Positions 1-13,100 of a stretch of DNA of 64,000 nt are shown here, one piece after another. This DNA comes from Chiloscyllium plagiosum. Its lineage: Eukaryota. The stretch is taken from positions 10,785,497-10,849,496 of the forward strand of contig NC_057755.1 in assembly GCF_004010195.1 (NCBI RefSeq), written 5' to 3'. Below the pieces are notes generated by a model. It had not been told where the DNA came from. It saw only the letters and a program-made list of their open reading frames with translations, and did not search any database. Positions within the stretch are counted from its first letter, which is position 1. Every line of letters begins with the position of its first letter. The translations under genes were made by a program, and so were the position numbers.

Positions 1-330
1 TCTCTAACCACCATCCCCCCTCTAACCCCCATTATCCACCGCCTTCCCTCCCCCCACCACCACCTTAACCATCGCAATTATTCAGTTATGAGAGCTGCAA
101 TAAATATAATCTAATTGATAGCCAGGTCATACGTAAAACATGCGGGTCATGTCATTTCCACTGGAGATGTGATGAATTAAGCAGCTAAATGAAGACGGCG
201 GTTTTAGAATGTGATGACAGTAAACCATGCATAGAATATTATGATTATTTTCAAATTTGATCAATGAATAGAGCATCACGAGGCTCTGAAAAACCAAATA
301 CAGGCTCATTGGATTGATCTGTCATCACCT

Positions 331-535
331 GGAATGCAGATGCTGGAGAACAGAGACAAAAAGTGTGGTACTGGAAAAGCGCAGCCTGTCAGGCAGCATC
401 CGAGGAGCAGGAGAGTCAAAGGTTTCGAGCACAAGCTCTTCATTGGGAATGTGAAGAGGTTATGCTCGAAAGATTGACTTTCCTGTTCCTCGGATGCTGC
501 GTGACCCGCTGTGCTTTTCCAGCACCACACTTTTT
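331..535. mobile_element. Palindromic Penelope-derived non-autonomous element with degenerate hammerhead remnants
   Basis: Arms ~361-450 and ~451-533 are reverse complements; mirrored ORFs 306-530(-) and 363-701(+). Confidence 0.7.
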
Positions 536-595
536 GAATCTATCGTCACTTGGTCCATGTTTCCCTGCGGAATATTCTACAGCATGCAGAGGTTC

Positions 596-700
596 TTGTG
601 GCACAGTGATAATGTCCCTACCTCTGAGCCAGGAGCCAGTGTTCAAGTCCCAACTGCCCCACTGGAGTGTAATGACATCTCTGAATGGGTTGATTAAATA
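596..700 (+). mobile_element. Short tRNA-derived SINE (related copies ~14695-14800 -, ~40067-40172 +)
   Basis: A-box-like TGGCACAGTG, B-box GTTCAAGTCC, shared 3' end gttgattaaa. Confidence 0.65.
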
Positions 701-1006
701 AATTTTGTCTTCACCATGGGATTAAGGTTGGTTCTATCATGCATGGGTGTTCCCAGTGTTGAGGCTTTCCTGAAGGCAGCCTAACTTGTGGAGATCACTC
801 GAATTGTCAGGGTTTCATGGAGCAGTTGTTCACACCTGTTATGGAGGATGGAGAGCGGCACAGGAACAGGCCCTTCTGCACCAAAGGTTAATTATAAATG
901 TCGGCAATGTTTAATCCAAGACTTAAATTGCTGTGTTACAGATTTCAAATTTAACCAGGCAAAATTTCTACTTCTCACTTCATTATTTTCGTTTAACCCT
1001 CTTCAG

Positions 1007-1103
1007 GACCTGGAAACACCCGTCGATGTCGTACCCAAAGTACAAGAAGGTTCGAACAGCGAAGAGGATCCATCACCACCAAAAAAAATGAAAATGGATC
1101 CCG
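1007..1103 (+). CDS. NLR first visible exon ([32 protein letters not shown]); in-frame ATGs at 1088 and 1094
   Basis: Polypyrimidine tract + cttcAG acceptor, G|GTGAG donor; phase 1 joins the next exon to give GAT (Asp). Confidence 0.7.
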
Positions 1104-4100
1104 GTGAGGTCATAAAGTAGAACAGAATATGACTCCCTTTGTGATGAAATGTTCAATCTCAAACTGGAACCTGTCTGAACAGGAAGTAGGGGAAGGATGA
1201 GGACAAGAAACCATTGACCAAGTTGAGGGGTCTTGCAGTCACAAGTTAAAATAAGGCGCTTAGTGCTAGACCTGCTGAAGAGGTGCTCATATTGTGTATA
1301 GGGAGATGGACAGCTGGTCGTGGCGTTTAGTGGTTAGTTGGTGTTTGTGGATACAGATTGCTAGCTATCTGTCTGATTGTCCTATATAGTGTATTGTGCA
1401 GTCTTTGCATGAAATCTTGTAAATTACGCTAATTTTGCGTATGTTGGGTATAGAGTCTTTTATCCTGGTGAGTTGTTGTCTTAGGTGGCTGTCATGAATC
1501 CAAAGGTCGGGGAAGTCTGGCTGCCAGTTCCGAGATGTTTTTTGTAAGGTAGCGTGGTTAGTGGGTTGCGTCGTGACATGTTCTCGTCATGTTGCCTGTC
1601 TGTTAGGCGTCTGTCCCTAGCAGCCATACACACAGATTTAACTGGGACAACGCAACGATCATAGGACAAGCTAAACAGAGGCCAGGCACCCATCGACAGA
1701 CCCATAGACCAAGACCCAATATACCAGCCATTGCGATGAACAACCGTAAGCAGCAGGAACGGAACCAAATAAATTCCAAAAGACAGTACAGCATCACTTC
1801 ACAGGAAGTTCCAGAGCACTGAAGGTATCACCAAGACAGGGATGAAACGTCTGCGGTCCAGATTTCTATCACCCTGGCGGGGGTAAATTAATAAAGTTTT
1901 TCCTCCCATTCCCACTAAACCTCCCTTCTCCCCCCCCCCTTAGCTTAAATCAATGACCCCTAATCCTTGATCCTTCCATCAAGGGGAGAAGTTTCTTCCT
2001 GTCTACCCTGTTGATTCCCCTTGTAGTTTTATATGTTTCAGCCGTGTTCAACCTCCCAGCTCGACAAACATACCCACAACCACGGAAACCGGCACCTGAG
2101 CTACAAATCTTTACGCATCTCTTTCCTTGTCTTTCTGTAGAATATGATATTGCACATACATGGGATTTGGTAAGGTGACTTTGATACTAATCATTTTGAG
2201 GAGAGTGAAAAGTTCCTTGAAGATTCTTGGATTAATGAATTATGAGACAGCACTTGAACTGAAGGTTATTGCCTTGAGTTCGTATGGACTCGATCAGTGT
2301 AGTTCAGAAAAAGGACTGGATGTTTTTCAGGTTTTTTGGCAGTTTTGCAGATAATTGATCCGTAATTTGATGTTGAGTTAGTGAACTTTTACAGATTTAA
2401 AGGAAACAAACTAAAGGTATGATAAGTTTGACAAATTGGTGTACTTTGTTTTAAAGAATTGGCTATAGTCAGTTCTTCAATAATGTGAGGGTTGTGTTCT
2501 TGTGAAACCCCGCATTATAGAAAAATCGGACTTCAGAAACAGCGCTTAACGTGTTGGCCGTGTAATCGCATTCCAACCAGCACGCATTTTTAAAGTTCGC
2601 CCTTTAGAATTTGTCAATCGCGTTGACAAAACGCGCATTATAACAGAACAACCCGTGGATTCATAATGTAGTACGCAGCATGTCATTACAATAGACTCCA
2701 TTTCTGGGATTTTGATAGAATGTAATGTTCAGAGAACAGACCATCCTGGAGTGTGTTAGGTGGCAGCATCCAGTTCTGCGCTGTGATAGAGCTGGGGCTT
2801 ATTGTGTAGTCTCCAGTCAGTCAGTCAGCCAGATCAGTTCAGGGGTCACTGAGAAAACAGTGGGCTCGTGAGCTGCACATACGGGAAGGCAGCTGAAGTC
2901 ATAACGATCTGTCGCACAAAAAAAGTCCCTTCGGCCCATTGAGTCTGCTCTGGCTAAAAAAGCATCGCCAACTATTCTGATCCCATTTTCCAGCACTTGC
3001 CTTGAATGTTTAGGTGTCACAAGTTCGCTTCAAAATGCTTCTTAGGTGGCCTGCTTCTCCACCCTTTCAGGCAATGAGGTCCAGATTCTTTTCACCCTGC
3101 GGTGTTAAAAAAGTTTCTCATCACATCCCCACTAAACCTCCTCATCTCCGCCTTTCCCCCCCCAACGGCTTAAATCGATGAGCCCTGGGCCTTGATCCGT
3201 CTGCCAATGGGAGAAGTTTCTTCCTGACTACCCTGTCGATTCCCCCTCGTAGTTTTATATATTTCAGTCACTTCCTTCTCAATCTTCTCTGCTCGAAGGA
3301 AAACAATTCCAGTCTGTCCAATCTCTCTTCATAACTGAGACTCTCTCCAGCCCATGCAACATTCTGGTGCATCTCCTCTGCACCCTCTCCAACGCGATCA
3401 TATCTTCCTATTGTGTGGGGACCGCTTTGATATATTTTGGCTGATGCTATCAAGTCAAGTCGCCATGGTCTTACCGGACCAAACAGCTACTCTTTCGTTA
3501 CAGAGTGACAAATGGTGTTGGTTTAAATTGAGGGCCACCAAATCTCAGGCGAGGAGGGAGTTTGAGAAGAAGAGTCCTTCGTGGTAATCTCAGCCGGTGC
3601 AGGAATTGAACCCACACTGGCAGTATCACATTGCTTTGCAACCCATCTGTTCAGCCAGCTGAGCTAAGCTGAAGCCTTGTGAGGGGACCAGAACTGCACA
3701 CACTACATTCCTGTGGCCTAACCAACGTTTTATACAGTTCCAGTGGAACTCTGCCTCAGCTAACAAAGGCAAATATCCCATATGCTGCCTTAACCACTTT
3801 ATTTACCTGACCTTCTACTTGAAGGAACTGGTGTATGTGAATACCAAGGTCCCTATGATCCTCGGTGCTTCCCAGGGTCCTACAGTTCATCATGTATTCC
3901 CTTGCTTTATTTATTCTGCCCAAGTGCATTGCCTATACTCATTCCAGATTGAATTCCATTTGCACGTGATCAGCCCAGCTGACTAGCCTATCTGTAACTT
4001 CCTGTAATCTAAGGCTATCCCCCTTACTATTTACCACCCCACCAATTTTCATATCATTTGCAGACTTACTGTTGTCCCATTCCCCTCTCAGTCGAAGCAA

Positions 4101-7100
4101 GACACTGAGACGCAGTGTGGTTTTACCTCCTTCATCTTTATTCCGGGCCCTGGAGGGAGAGAAGGATTGCCCATGTGCACAGAGACATGAGTTCTCGGTC
4201 TTCTCTCTGGAACAGCAGTTTCTTGATGAATTGTATAATCATTTTACAGGGAGGAGCATCCAGATAAGGCAACATACATATTGATTGGATGACCGTTACA
4301 ATCAGTGAGCATCAACAGTAAAAATTAAGCCATCTTTTCCACCATGAACGTTCTTAACCTTAATTGGCTTCGCACAGTGAATACTTTTCACCTTGCTAAC
4401 TGACCTTACAAACTGAATGCTTCCAATATTGTTAAATGGCTGTACACAATGAATACTTTTCCACTTTGTTCACCCATTACCCTTGCCTCCAGCACCCCAT
4501 TGTTAACTGCAAGTTCTTTTCTGATCTGAGTCATGCTCAGCTGAACCTCATGTTTCACAAATCTCAGAACTTAACTTTTTTCCTATCTGCTTATACCCTG
4601 CATACATCCTCATTAGGATATTCAAGTCTAAATTGTTTATATCTACCTGAAACAGCAGAGCAGTTAGAACAAGAACAAAGAGCAGTACAGCATAGAAACA
4701 AGATTAGTGTGGTGCTGGAGAAGCACAGCAGGTCAGGCAGCATCCGAATAGCAAGAAAAATCGACATTTTGGTTTTGCCCTTCTTCAGGAATGATATTGG
4801 CCATGTAATTGCTCCTTTTCTAGCACCATGCTAATATTGATTCTAATCTCTAGCATCTGCAGTACCCAGTTCTGCCCAGCTATTCAGCCCATCAAACCTG
4901 CACTGACACATGCCTTTCTAAACTAAACTCCTTTTGCCTCTATGCAGTCAGTATCCCTCTATTCCCTGCCTGTTCATGTGTCTGTCAAGATGCCTCTTAA
5001 ATGTGGCTATTGTGTCAGCTTTCACCACACCTCTGGCAGCACATCCGGGCACTTTTAACCCTCTGTGAATGAAAGACTTGCCTCTCAAAGATCCTTTTTA
5101 AACTTTCTCCCATTGACCTGAAACCTACATCCCCTAGTAATTGACCTTCTTATCCTTGGGGGGGGAGGGGGGGGGAAATACTCCCAACTATCTAGTCTGT
5201 CCATGACTCTCGTAATTTTGTAGGTCTCTACCAGGTCGCCCCTCAGCCTCCAACATTCAAGTGAAACAAACTCAAAATTTTCCACTCTCTCCTCGTAGCT
5301 AATATGTTCCAAACCAGACAACGTTCAGTTAGACCTTATCTGCACTCTCTCCAAAGCCTGCACATTCTTCTGTTAGTGTGGCGACTAGACTGTACACAAT
5401 ATTCCAAACGCGACCTAACAAGTTCTATGCAGCATTGGCATGACTTGTTAATTTTTACATTGTATGCCCTGACTGATAAAGGCAAGCAAGCCTTATTCGC
5501 TTGCATTGCCACTGTATGGGCCTGGTGTTGTTAGAATGATCTCTGGGAGCGGCCGAGATGGGATCAAGACTCTGACGAAATCCTGGGGGGTTGTGAAAGT
5601 GGGAGGGCCACACTGTGTGTGTGTGTGTCTTGGACAAAGCACTGCCATCATTAATACTTCAGCACAGCTGAGTTAGTGGAGGCTGGAAAAACCCAACGGC
5701 AGTTTGTAGCTTGGTGAAGAGCTGCAGTTTCGTTAGCGACTAAACACTAGAGTGCAGTTGGAGTCCACTGATGTGTGAACTCACGACAGGAGAGCGATAA
5801 ACTAGAAATAGGAGCATTTGTTAAGGCAGTGCAGTGGCTCTTCAGAGGGTAATTCAACACTAGATCAGTGGAAGAATTGTAACCCCTAGTGCAGCTTAAG
5901 GAAATATGATTGTTATTAACATCTGAGGGTTGTTGCTGAGAAACGTTTGGAGCCTTTGTGGGCCACATTTGCTATTCGATGAATGAAAGTTCGATTGCAG
6001 TATATTTCCCATGTTTACCACGTGTTAATCCTGAGTGTTAGAAATGGATTTTAAACATTATAATGATGTTCTAACTGGTAAGTTTGTTCAAATCTGTGCA
6101 AACGTACAGCTTTATTGTCTTTGTAAGTTCACTGGATCTCAGAAGGTTGTTAGGTCTGTGTCACTGAGTATATACCAGAAAGTAATTGATAAACGTTTAG
6201 ATATTAAAGGCATCAAGGTTTTGGAGGGAGAGCGTGAATATATCATCGAGATAGAGGATCAATCTTGATTGTTTCATTTATTTTAGAAACAAAAGTTACT
6301 CGTCCCTTACCAAGTCGTAATACATTTGGTGATATCGCCTGCGATCAAAAATATACAGAGGAACCTCGACTATCCGAATGAGGTGGGCAGGCGCTATTTC
6401 ATTTGGATGATTGATTATTTGGATAATCAATTTTATCTTAAATGATGGAAGACTTTAAACAACGTCCCAAACAGCTTCTACGATTCAAGAGCATTTGTCA
6501 GTTTCCGGGAACTCAGTGTCGCGATAGGCTGTTTTCCCTGGAGTGACCTTTATAGAGGTTTACAAAATTGAGGGGCACATGGATAGGATAAATAGGAAAA
6601 GTCTTTTCCCTGGCGTGGGGAAGTCCAGAACTAGAGGGCATAGGTTTAGGGTGAGGGGAAAGATATAAAAGAGACCCAAGGGGCCACGTTTTCACTCAGA
6701 GGGTGGTACGTGTATGGAATGAGCTGCCAGAGGAAGTGGTGGAGGCTGGTACAATTGCAACATTTAAGAGGCATTTGGATGAGTATATGAATAGGAAGGG
6801 TTTGGAGGGATATGGGCCGGGTGCTGGCAGGTGTGACTAGATTGGGTGGAGATATCTGGTCGGCATGGACGGGTTGGACCGAATGGTCTGTTTCCATACT
6901 GTACATCTCTATGACTCTAAAGACAGAAGCACCGCCTCGTGCGTGTGATTACATTTTTGACCCTTTTTTTCATGAATGGCCCGGTGAAGTGACAGGAGTA
7001 CTGTAAAGCACTTACTTTTGCAAAGGGCTTACCTAAAAAACATCCAGTCGCTGATGCTTGAGGTGCTTGTGTTTCTTTGTTTTTGCCAGCGTTTTCACAT

Positions 7101-10100
7101 GTTCTTCAGTGCAGGTAATTCAAATACATTTACCTCTTTGATATAACGCTCTTGCGGGATCTTGAAATTTTCTTTGGATAATCCGATATTCAGACAATTG
7201 ATATTCGGATAATCGAGGTTCCTCATGTAATTTGAAATCTGTTTTCTGGCCAAGCAAATTTGCCATTCAGATCTAAAATAGTCAACGTAAGTGGGTTGTT
7301 GGATAGTATTTGATAATGTAGCTAATGGTTTTCACAGATTCTGGTTCTGCTATCACTGAGCGATTGAAAATGTGCGACAACTACCAGCTGTTCCAGTTGT
7401 TAAAATTCTACCGGGACAGACTAGAACGGGCGATTGAAGAAGGGACGGACAGACTCAGCCTCATGCTCAAAGAAGAGGGATATTTCACTGACCAAGAACA
7501 TTGTGTAAGTCTAAAATTAGCACAGCTGTGCCAGATCCATCAATGCACCAATGAATTTGGTAATCTCACTTTTCATAATTCCTTTTCCAAATCCACTCTA
7601 AATGTTATTTTAATAAGTTAAAAATCACACAACACCAGCTTATAGTCCAACAGGTTTAATTGGAAGCACTAGCTTTCGGAACCCTGCTCCTTCATCAGAT
7701 GATTGTCAACCACCTGATGAAGGAGCGTCGCTCCGAAAGCTAGTGCTTCCAATTAAACCTGTTGGACTATAACCTGGTGTTGTGTGATTTTTAACTTTGT
7801 ACACCCCAGTCCAACACTACCATTTATAGCGGCACGGTGGCACAGTGGTTAGCACTGCTGCCTCACAGCACCAGAGACCCGGGTTCAATTCCCGCCAGGT
7901 GACTGACTGTGTGGAGTTTGCACGTTCTCCCTGTATCTGCGTGGGTTTCCTCCGGGTGCTCCGGTTTCCTCCCACAGTCCAAAGATGTGCAGGTTAGGTG
8001 AATTGGTCATGCTAAATTGCCCGTAGTGTTAGGTAAGGGGTAAATGTAGGGGTATGGATGAGTTGCGCTTCGGCGGGTCGGTGTGGACTTGTTGGGCCAA
8101 ATGGCCTGTTTCCACACTGTAATCTAATCTAATCTAAAAAAAAATCGAAAATCTCCAAATCATATTATTTTACTGCCATTATTATGCTCAGTTCAAAGCC
8201 CTCCACTCAAGTTTTGACTTGCAGCAGTTTTATTTCTGAGGAAATTGCCGAGTGTGACGGCAGCAAAAATAAAGCACAAGAGACACATAGATTGTATTAT
8301 CAGTCAATAATCTCATTTAATGTCAGACACTGAAGGACAAAGGACAAATCTGAATTTGGTTTGTTCACATTTATTTGCTATTGCAAAAAAAGCTGTGAAC
8401 ACAGGATTCATTCTCAATTTTGAATGAGCTCCTGCTGAAAAATGCTGGGAAATTCCGTAACCGAGCCGTTCTTTCCCCTCTAAATTTGTTTATATTTTTC
8501 TCTCTGCTCCTAAATGTTTTCTTTATCATTCCACACAGAAAGTCACTGAGCTCATGGAGAAGGGAAACCGGGCAGACAGTTCCAAACTTCTCCTAAACCT
8601 GGTGATGGAGAAGGGCTCTCGGGCAAGAAGGATGATGTGGGAGTTCTTTGCAAAACAATGCGATGGGCATCCAAAGTTAGATAAAATATTGAAAGAAATA
8701 GAAGAACTGGGTACAGTGAAATCTCACAAGTAATTTAATTTCAGATTCAGATGCTGCTGACTGTGAACCAGTCTGACTTCATGAAATGTAATTGCTTTCA
8801 ACAGGATCTGATTCGTTCGACTGTATGTACATTGGGCAGGATTTATCTGAAATTCCCAATCAACTGAAAGGTAATGGATGAAATAGAGACTGCACATTGT
8901 TGGTTTCACTTGTGACAATTAGAATGTCTATTGACATTCCCATTTGCCTCGAAAAATTGTCCGATTTTGTGAATCACGTGTAGAGGCTGATGGAACAGGA
9001 ACAAAAGAGGATTGGTTTCAGATTCAAGCTTTTTAGTGCGCAATCAACTTCAAGTTAATGTGATTTCTGATGTTCTGTAACCATCTAGAGGGGGTGTTAT
9101 TTCAGCATGTTCAGTAGCTCATTGCTTTCACTAGTTAAGCATCATACAAGAACTAGGAGGATCCAGATACAATACAAAAGCCCGTACATACCTGACAGGA
9201 TGTGCTGAAGGAAAAGTAAATGAAGTGCATGATCTCCTTTGCTGAGTGGATGAGCACAGGTGAACCCAGCGACTTATTCCCCACTGTCTGTCAAATAATC
9301 TATTTGATAACTGGAATGAAACTGTGTGTCAAGTGGTTGCCTTCAGTCATTCCTCTCTAACAAGGGTTGTGTGACATTTGGTGGCTCAGTGGGATACTGA
9401 GTAGACGGTCTATAAGACCAGGAGGAGGCCATTCGCGCCCTCAAGTCTTCTCCATTTTTCAAAAGGATCATGGTTGATATGGTATCCCTCACGTCTACTT
9501 TCCTACCTTTGACTTCCCCACTGTTCATGGGCGGCGTGGTGGCTCAGTTGTTAGCACTGCTGCCTGACAGCACCAGGGTCCCAGGTTCACTTACAGCCTT
9601 GGTCGACTGCCTGTGTGGAGTTTGCACATTCTCCCGGTGTCTGCGTGGGTTTCCTCTGGGTGCTCCGGTTTCCTCCCACAGTCCAAAGATGTGCAGGTCA
9701 GGTGAATTGGCCATGCTAAATTGCCCGTAGTGTTAGGTAAGGGGTAAATGTAGGGGTATGGGTGGGTGGCGGGTCGGTGTGGACTTGTTGGGCCGAAGGG
9801 CCTGTTTCCACACTGTAATGTAATGTAATCTAATCTACTCCACCTCACTGGGTAGTGCCTTAGTTTCTATACATGTGCGAATCGATTTTTTTAAAATTTT
9901 AAACTGTTTCTTTTTCAAATGAAGTTTCCAATGACAGAAATTTTTAACTGCCGCACAAATCTCCATTTGCAGCTGGAATTTGAACCTTGGCTCAGGGGGT
10001 GGCTTGGTGGCTCAGTGGTTAGCACTGCTGCCTCACAGCACCATTGACCTGTTTCCAGCCTTGAGCGACTGTATGTGTGGAGTTTGCACAGTCTCCCAGT

Positions 10101-13100
10101 GTCCATGTGGGTTTTCTCCAGGTGGTCCACAATCCAAAGATGTGCAGGTTAGGTGAATTAGCCATGCTAAGTTGCCCATATGGTTCAGGGATGCATAAGT
10201 TAGATGCATTATTTAGCGGTATTTATAGAGTAATAGGATAAGGGAATGGATTTGGGTGGACTTGTTGGGCCAAAGGGCCTGTTTCCACACGGTATAGATT
10301 TTATGGTAATATAATTAAGAGATTTTTTTAATGACCACTTTTCTTTCATTGAGACTCACTTTCCTGTCCTTATTGAAGATGCTCAAATGAAGCACAGAGA
10401 AACGCTGCGGGAGCAGACTGAGTCGCTGCGAGTGAATTCCATCTTAAAGAAGGAGGTGGTTAAGATTTTCGAGCTGGTTGATCATTACGCTGAGCTATCG
10501 ATCATTTGTACTCCTCGGGACGCTCAGCTCGTGGAACATGAGCTGCTGGCAAGGAGCCGAGAACATGACGTGTGGAGAGAGAAGCATCTCCGCAGAGAAA
10601 TGACCAAAATTCAACCTGATCAACTGTTCCAGGCCTGTCCTTCGGAATCGGAAAACAAATCCGGGATCTCGTCAGCACTCAGTGGAGTCCATGGCATTGG
10701 AAAGACAACAATGGTCCAAAAAATTGTTTATGACTGGGCCACAGAGAAAATGTACCAGCAATTTCAATTTATTTTCAGTTTTAAATTCTGGGACTTGAAT
10801 TCTGTTAATTGTAAGATAAACTTGAGGAATCTTATTCTTGCTTTCTATCCTTATTTTGGGAATGTTCTGGCAGAGCTGTGGAAGAGTCCAGAAGAATTGC
10901 TGTTTATATTTGATGGTCTAGACGAGTTTAACGGGAGACTCAACTTTGACAATCCAAAACTTATTGAATCACAATCCACGTGCACAGATCCAGAGTTCCA
11001 GTGTGAGGTGTCGGACATCGTGTGTAGTTTAATTCAACACAGGCTGCTCCCGGGATGTTCAGTGCTGGTGACTAGCCGTCCCACAGCTTTGCATTTGTTG
11101 GAAAAGGCAGCGATCGGTGTCTGGGCTGAAATCCTGGGAATGGTTTGTGATGAGCGGAAGGAATACTTCAACAAGATTTTCAAAGATCAGGCGGTGGCAG
11201 CAGCTGTTTTCAAACACTTAGAGGAGAATGAGATCCTGTATCCCATGAGCTATAACCCTTCCTACTGCTGGATCCTAGGTCTGTCACTGGGTCCCTTCTT
11301 TACGCCAGGAGATGGGAAGCAGCAGGAAGCTCCCCAGACCATCACCCAGTTGTATTCTCACTATATTTGCAACTTGCTGAAAAGCCATAGCCAGGAGATC
11401 GAAGATCTCCGTGATGTGTTTCTGAAGCTCGGTGAGATGGCCTTCGCAGGAATCTCCGAGAAGAAAGTTGTCTTCACAAACGAGGATTTGATCAAGTACA
11501 ATCTACAACCTTCCCGGTTCCTGTCTGGGTTCCTGATGGATCTTTTGGGAAGAGACGATTCTGCACAGAGTGCGATGCATGCATTCCCACATCTCACCAT
11601 CCAGGAGTTTGTGGCTGCACTCGCACAGTTCCTGACGCCCGAACCAAAGGACATCGGGAAGCTCCTGAACGAAGCCCAAAGCAAGGAAGGTGGGCGATTC
11701 GAGATCTTTCTCCGTTTCGTTGCTGGTCTCTCCTCCCCGCAGTCGGCTCAGCCCCTGGAGGAGTTTCTGGGTCCGTTTCTGAAGCAGACAACCTCTCGAG
11801 TGACTGACTGGGTGATGGAGAAAGTGAATGGGCAGCTTGTAAACACAAAGAACAAAATTGGGAAAAGGAACCACATGAACACGTTGCACTATTTGGCAGA
11901 GTCTCAGAATAAAACACTGGCGCAGTCCACAGTCGGGTCTGTAGAGACATTTAAGTTTTGTGGGTTGCGACTGACCCCGGTTGACTGTGTGGTTCTGTTT
12001 CACGTTATTGGACTCTGCAATACAATAAAACACCTCAATCTAGAGAACTGCTTCATTCAGTACGAAGGACTACAGCGACTGGGCCCTGTACTACACAAAT
12101 GCCGGGAGTTGAGGTAACTGTTTTTTTCTTGATTTAGAGATGCCGGTGTTGGGCTGGGGTGTACAAGGTTAAAAATCACACAACACCAGGTTAGACTCCC
12201 AACACCTTTAATTGGAAGCACTAACTTTTGAAGCACTGCTCCTTCAGGTGGTTGTGGAGTACACAATTGTAAAACACAGGATTTATAGCAGAAGTTTACA
12301 ATGTGATGTAACTGAAATTATACAGTTGATTGTTTGTTAAGTCTCTCATCTGTTAGAATGACCATGTTAGGCAGCACGGTGGCTCAGTGGTTAGCACTGC
12401 TGCCTCACAGCACCAAGGGCCCAGATTCGATTCCCGCCTCGGGTGACTGTCTGTGTGGAGTTTGCACATTCTCCCTGTGTCTGCGTGGGTTTCCTCCGGG
12501 TGCTCCAGTTTCCTCCCACAGTCCAAAGATGTGCAGGTTAGTTGAATTGGCCATACTAAATTGCCCATAGTGTCAAGTGCATTAGTCAGAGGTAACCGTG
12601 GGGTATGGGAATGGGTCTGTGTCTGGGTGGATCCCTCTTTGGAGGGTTGGTGTGGACTTGTTGGGCTGAAGGGCCTGTTTCCATACTGTAGGGAATCTAA
12701 TCTAAAAGTTTCACTTCTTTCATATGTGAATCGCAGAGCGTTTTTTCAAAGTTACATTCTCAAATGAATGTGATTTTTAAAAGTTTTGTGATGTACATAT
12801 GAAAGAAGTGAAACTGACATGGTTATTCTAACAGTTGAGAGACTTAATAAACAATCAAGGCATTTTTTAATGTATAATTTCAGTTACATCACACTGTAAA
12901 CTTTTGCTATAAATTCTGTGTCTTAAAATTGTGTCCTTCACAACCACCTAATGAAGGAGCAGCACCCTGAGAGTTAGTGCTTCCAAGTAAACCTGTTGGG
13001 ACTATAACCTGGTGTTGTGTGATTTTTAACTTTGTATTTTTGTCTTATCAGTGATGATCATACATGTTCTCCATAATGAAGGGAAACAAACAAGATGTAG

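Noticed and set aside
7829..7905. tRNA-like sequences at SINE heads (many copies)
   Set aside because: They continue into SINE core and LINE-derived tail; not standalone tRNA genes
9470..9848. Recurrent ORFs of the [10 protein letters not shown] / [11 protein letters not shown] type
   Set aside because: Translations of HE1 SINE copies, not genes
8711..10378. Possible extra small NLR linker exon (acceptors near 9088, 9198, 9924, 9937)
   Set aside because: Candidates hit stops or lack a phase-compatible donor; direct 8710-10379 splicing is already in frame. RNA-seq is needed to exclude it.
11361..12033. Antisense ORFs (107, 176 and 118 aa) within the NACHT exon
   Set aside because: Shadow frames of a real coding exon with no recognisable motifs
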